Positions 58,540 through 64,000 of a stretch of DNA of 64,000 bases are shown here, in pieces; the first letter of the stretch is position 1, and the number at the start of each line of letters is the position of its first letter. Origin of the DNA: Octopus sinensis (Eukaryota); contig NC_042998.1 of assembly GCF_006345805.1 (NCBI RefSeq), positions 186,248,001-186,312,000 of the forward strand, written 5' to 3'. The notes under the pieces were generated by a model, which was not told where the DNA came from, did not search any database, and worked only from the letters and a program-made list of their open reading frames with translations. Position numbers and translations under genes: made by a program.

Positions 58540-59110
58540 AACAAGAGAAAAGGAGACATTGATGATCCTTTGGAGGACATACATTCTCAGCTGCTTGGAC
58601 TACTGCTCCCAACTATGGTCATCACACACTGTAAAATCCATGGTGAAACTCAAAGCAATCCAACAAAGCTACACTGAGAAAATCGTCTCGATGCAACATA
58701 TCAGCCACTGGGAAAGACTTAGAGAATTAAAACTCTTTTCCCTGGAACAAAGGTGGGAAAGATATACAGTAATATACATCTGGAAAATCCTAGAAGGCCT
58801 TGTACCAAACTTTGGCATTGAAAGTTATTCAGACTGCAGAACGGGGCACCACTGCATAGTGCCAAAGATCTTAACATCACCATCAAAATACAGGACAGAT
58901 ATTGCAACACCTTGGGCTTCAAGGGCCCACAGCTCTTTAATATCCTTCCAAAATGCTGGAGAGACCTGCATGGTGTGGATGTAAGTGTCTTTTAAAAAAA
59001 ACTGGCTCTCTTCTTGTCAAGGGTTCCAGATGAGCCTACCTCACGGCAGGACACACAGATGAGGGCAGCAGCATCAAACTCCCTCATTGACCAGCTGCCA
59101 CAAATCAGAG
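58540..59110 (+). mobile_element. CR1-type LINE 3' fragment
   Basis: LDYCSQLWS...WERLRELKLFSLEQRWERYTVIYIWKILEGLVPN. Confidence 0.87.
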
Positions 59111-59453
59111 GAAGTTTCAAATAGTGGTGTAGCTCAGTCAACGGTGGTGCCTCAGCATGACTGCAGCATTGAAGCTGAAACATTTTAAAATAATTTAGAT
59201 AATTAAATATATGTATGTGTATGTATATGTATGTATATGTATGTATATATATATATGTATATATATATGCATATATGTGTGTGTATATGAATATATATAT
59301 ATATACAAATTGAGATAGGGGTTGTAAATGCAACCCTCTATGGGATAACGTATATCCAATATACTGCTAGTGAAGTACCCAACAAAGTTAATACATAAAT
59401 GTTAATGATTGCGATGCAATCAATTCATTTACTGTATTTACCATAAATTACTA

Positions 59454-59917
59454 ATACAAGATAAGAAAATGGAGAAATACATCTAAATCAAATATCAATT
59501 ACCAGATAGAGTATATATAAAAAAGAATATAAATACAAGTAAATATAAATATAAGTATAAATTAGATCTTACAGCTGTTTCGTCCATGTCGATAATTATG
59601 TCTCATTTTACCAAAAGGGCTAATATTGGTAAAATGAGACATAATTATCGACATGGACGAAACAGCTGTAAGATCTAATTTATACTTATATTTATATTTA
59701 CTTGTATTTATATTCTTTTTTATATATACTCTAATTATTATACAACATTACTCTTTTATGTACACTTTTTTAAGTACATTCCTTTATGTACACTAATTTG
59801 TTCTGCTTTTTATATTTAACCCTGCAGTCTCTTATGTGGTGGTTTAATAAAGTATGTGATTGAGTATTATCTGGTAATTGATATTTGATTTAGATGTATT
59901 TCTCCATTTTCTTATCT

Positions 59918-59922
<5 letters not shown>
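59454..59922. repeat. Nested inverted repeat: 108-bp hairpin plus outer 55-bp arms
   Basis: 59507-59614 pairs with 59626-59733 (11-nt loop, no mismatch seen); 59454-59508 pairs with 59868-59922. Confidence 0.95.
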
Positions 59923-59958
<36 letters not shown>

Positions 59959-60313
59959 GTGTCTACGTATGTGTATATATATATATGTATATTTATGTGT
60001 GTGTATGTATATGCATATGTATATATATGTATGCATATGTATTTATATATATATATGCATATACGTATATACATATACACATGTATATACATACATATAT
60101 ATGGAAATATATATATATACATATATATATGTGTATATATTTTTGTATATATGTATATATATATTTTTGTATATATGTATATATATATTTTTATATATAT
60201 GTATGTATGTATATGTGTGTGTGTGTGTGTGTATATACTTGTATATATATATATATATATAGGTATGTATGTATATATGTATATAAATGTATACAAATAT
60301 ATTTATATATGTA
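59920..60313. repeat. (TA)/(TG)-rich low-complexity tract
   Basis: Direct reading; source of several spurious YI/CV-rich ORFs. Confidence 0.95.
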
Positions 60314-60485
60314 TGTGGTGTGCTAGAGAGACAACTGCACTGGTATGGTCATGTGGTGAGAATGGATGAGGATAGCTGTGTGAAAAAGTGCCACACCGTA
60401 GCGGTTGAGGGAACATGTGGAAGAGGTAGACCCAGGAAGATCTAGGATGAAGTGGTGAAGCACGACCTTCAAACATTAGGCCTCA
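60314..60485 (+). mobile_element. RTE-clade LINE 3' fragment (second copy)
   Basis: Similar to 6359-6535: [34 protein letters not shown]. Confidence 0.85.
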
Positions 60486-63400
60486 TGTATATATGGGATT
60501 TAGCTTGATCAATGATATTCCCTTCCTGATGAAATTTGCCTTTTAAAAGAAATTGATATTTTGAAAAGTATTTTTTATTGTAGAAAGCCCTATCTAGAGC
60601 TACAATATATGTGTCAGCTTTTTTAAAAAACAGAAAAAAATGTGTTGTGTAAAGATGCTAATATTTCAATGAAAATCTTTTGAATTTCGAGGATAGTTTA
60701 TGTACATTTCAAGTTTAATCAACAAGAAGATTGTAACTATTTTTACCAGATGGAGTCTAGTGGTAACATTTGACATGTGCACTTAATGTTGTCTGTGGTA
60801 GCTTTAACCAAGGGGAAATTATGGGATATTATATTCATTAAACCATTTTATTTGAATTTTTCAGTGTCTTGTAGTTTTATTTTTAAGTCTTTTTGTTTTA
60901 ATTAATCAAAATTTATGAAATATAATATTGCAGTTTTAAAAACGATTTTGTTTGTGACATCCATATGTATGTCTAAATATCGTACAGAAGTTGCAAAAAT
61001 TAAATCCTGAATTTATTTTTTGTATTTTCTTTCTAAAAACATATTTGAGAATACTGCTGAAAATCTTTCATAGTTCTTCAGAGGGCTTCTCAAATCTGAG
61101 TAATGATCCAAGTTCAATTAATAATACCAAGTGAATATTTCTAGCATATAAGTCAAATAATATTACATGCAGCTGAATCTAACTTTCAGGTCTGTGTTTT
61201 GAACTTTCAGTGTATCTATTTGTTTATTTAACATAAAGTCGTTGTATTATATTTGTGTTTGTGTTCTTTATAGAAGCCATTGTTTTTCTTTTTGCGCATT
61301 TGTTTTGTTTCTATGAAACATTAGGTTTTGTTATGAAATGCACATTTTGAATGTTGTTTGTTGTTTTATTTAGGTTGTTTTTTATTATTATTTGTTATCA
61401 ACTTAGAATTTCTGCTTGCATTGAAAAATATGTTTTCTAAACGAATAGATTTCTGTTTTTACTCTAAGCATTAATTTAGACTATGCAAATATGAAAACAT
61501 AATTCATAGAAATAAGAATTCAGTTATTTACAGTAGATCCTGTTGTGTTTTCTCTTAAATTTAATTTGGAAACGGGTGAAACACATTTTCTTCTATTTTT
61601 CTATATTCCACACACGGCTTTAGCTGCTATCATTTTTGTACCTATAGTTATTACTGAAAAATATAAGTTTAATATCTATCATTATTTTCTCTTATTTTAT
61701 AGATTATTTCAATGTGCTTTTGTTTTTCTTTTTTTTCTTTTTACACTGAAAGCAATAACTGTTTATGTACAAATATTATCTTCAGAATTTTTGCATCTCA
61801 TATTATTTACTGCAATATAAATTTTGTTGTATTTATTTATTATATTGTTAGGATCCAAAGAATTCTTTTTTTACTTTAAAATTTTAGAGGTTTCTATCCT
61901 GTTTTTTTTTTTTTTTCTGTATCATAGTTCTATGGTTTGAGTACAAACTGATTTAATCTAATAATGGAAGTACTGTTGTAATTAAGATTAAGTGACAATA
62001 ATGCTTATGATCAACTAGTAAACAGTAGTGTATTTGCATATGAATTCCTTAAATTTAGTTTTAAGTAAAAATTGATATCTTGTATGTGCTTGACACGAGA
62101 TTTTATTTGAAATTGTGTTGAAACTAAAGCATGTATCATGATAAATTCATGTACACTTTTATACCCACTTCTCTCCCCACTACCCCCCTTCATATACATA
62201 CACTAGTATATATTATTAAGTATAAAATGTCTTCATTCTGAATTTATAGCCTGCTACTGATAGTCTACTCCACTGTACCTCCGAGGTGTTAAGCTAAAGT
62301 ACCTCTGTTTTAAGTGTTATTTAAAATTAGTTTTATCAACAACATATATTTCTTGTCTTTTATTTCAAATTTGGTTTCCTAATTGTCCATGAATGTCCAC
62401 CTCTCTAAGGTTTCGGTTATTAAGTTTGCATTATAATTAATATAGAATTTTCATTTCAGCTTGATTTTTAAAATATTTTAAAAATTCTATTGCTTATGTC
62501 ATAGGCTGTATTGGTTGATGTTGCTGATCATAACTTTACACAAAATAGTATTCTTATTTAAATAAAAGATTAAATAATGCAGTAGTTAATAAAGAATACT
62601 GTAATAAATCTTATAATAAAAGAAATCATTACTATTGTTATTTAGCCAGAAAAGGGTGATTGAAGCTAAAGACTTTTGTGAGTCTTCTGACACTGGTGAG
62701 GCTGATATGATTGACATCCAACTTCAACTTTTCTATGATGATGTTAGTAGCAGACAGAAACATAAGCAGTGTTGGAATTTCAGAGGGATATTGTACTGGG
62801 GAAGAAAGATTGCACTCGCTTAGAATACATCTGCACATGTATATTTTGCAGTTTTAAAGAATAACATTCTTTGTGAATAATCATGAAAGTGATGCCCTAT
62901 AAACTAGTACCTGTGTGACACTGTTCCTTGTCAAGCACATTTAACTCTTGCTTGTTCACTTTAGTTGCAAATAGATGTCCTAAAAGTCACAGCTTTAGCT
63001 TATGAAATCAATCAGTCTGTATAACATTGCACATTTTATCACACTATTTATATACTACTAGTTGCACTATCAATATACTAATTCTATAGAATATTCCCCT
63101 TAATAGAGAGTTATTTAAAATGACTTGACTCTGAACATATGTACCTGCTACACAATCCCATTATCACAGTGAATAACATTTTTATGACATGAATACATGA
63201 AGCTAAGGAAAATTGTACCATGAAGCTTTGTTTGGGATGCTTACAACCAATTATTGTCCTGTGTTTAACTTTGTATTGTAAAGAATGAGATAAAGTGAAG
63301 GTGCTCTTTTAAACTTCAAAAACAAAAATTGCAAACATTATTTTAAGTAAAATTTTAAAAATTGATTTAATCTCAGCTTAGTCATCGAATCTATGATAAA

Positions 63401-64000
63401 GGAAAGTAATTATGTGGTCATTATAATGGCAAATCAGATAACAAGACAATCACAAGATATCAACTGACCATCAGAAAAAAAATTACCTTAGATAAGAGAG
63501 AATGAGATAGTACCCAGATCAAATAGGCTCTGTATGTAATTAATGTTGTCTGCCACAACTCAGATATGTTTGTGATTACATCCATATCTATTTTCCTGCT
63601 TGTTTAAACAGGAAAAGTAATAAAAGACAAGACAGGAACAAGACATTATATAAATATAGAACAGTTATTTTAAATCCTATTTGTTTAGTTATATGTAGAG
63701 CAAGACAAATGATACTGGCCCTTGGGGAATTGTTTTATATCTATTTTGGCCATGTTGAAGAAATTTTTAGTATCGTGTTGCTTCATTTAACTCATTTACT
63801 TCACATTAAGTCATAGTGCTAAATAATCTTTATCCTTTTGGCATCTAGTTGATTATTAGCTCATCTGTAGTGATATGTATACTTAGCACTACTTATTTCT
63901 CTAGTTTGCTGCAAATGCAGCTATTTTATCTGAGAAAACAGAACAATACTCAGATGGATATTATGCTAAAAGTTTAGTAATATCTTCTGCTCTGAACTAA

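Noticed and set aside
59844-60369. Long ORFs of 120-163 aa (also 29597-30014 and 58992-59333)
   Set aside because: Translations of (TA)n/(TG)n microsatellites, which simply lack stop codons in some frames
62635-62823. 62-aa ORF after a TTTAG acceptor
   Set aside because: No IP3R similarity and no convincing in-frame donor

Overview
AT-rich, microsatellite-dense eukaryotic DNA. The SINE/LINE/Penelope content suggests a coleoid cephalopod, probably Octopus (inferred from remembered repeat families, not a database search). The window is the interior of one large + strand gene encoding an inositol 1,4,5-trisphosphate receptor (ITPR). I traced 23 coding exons (8125-44775), all with AG/GT boundaries and consistent phases. 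They join into one open frame of 3145 nt (1 nt + 1048 codons) matching the central regulatory/coupling region, from [10 protein letters not shown] to DYGEK. Start and stop lie outside the window, and the next conserved exon (G[D/E]ALR...) was not found in the last 19 kb. Introns hold tRNA-derived SINEs, RTE/CR1/Tx1-type LINE fragments, non-autonomous Helitrons, TTAA MITEs and Penelope-like (PLE) remnants. The most striking unexplained structure is a set of about ten type-I hammerhead ribozyme or ribozyme-like motifs in the introns. They include a spacer-less 450-bp palindrome (28732-29181) with one complete hammerhead per strand, and a hammerhead downstream of a PLE GIY-YIG ORF (36632-37790). 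Apparently intact copies are antisense to ITPR or masked by their own complement, while exposed sense copies look degraded. There are also candidate micro-exons at the position of the vertebrate ITPR1 SII splice site. PLE-associated hammerheads are a known class; only their arrangement here may be undescribed. No CRISPR, rRNA or genuine tRNA gene was seen. All folding and alignment was done by eye, and repeat boundaries are approximate.
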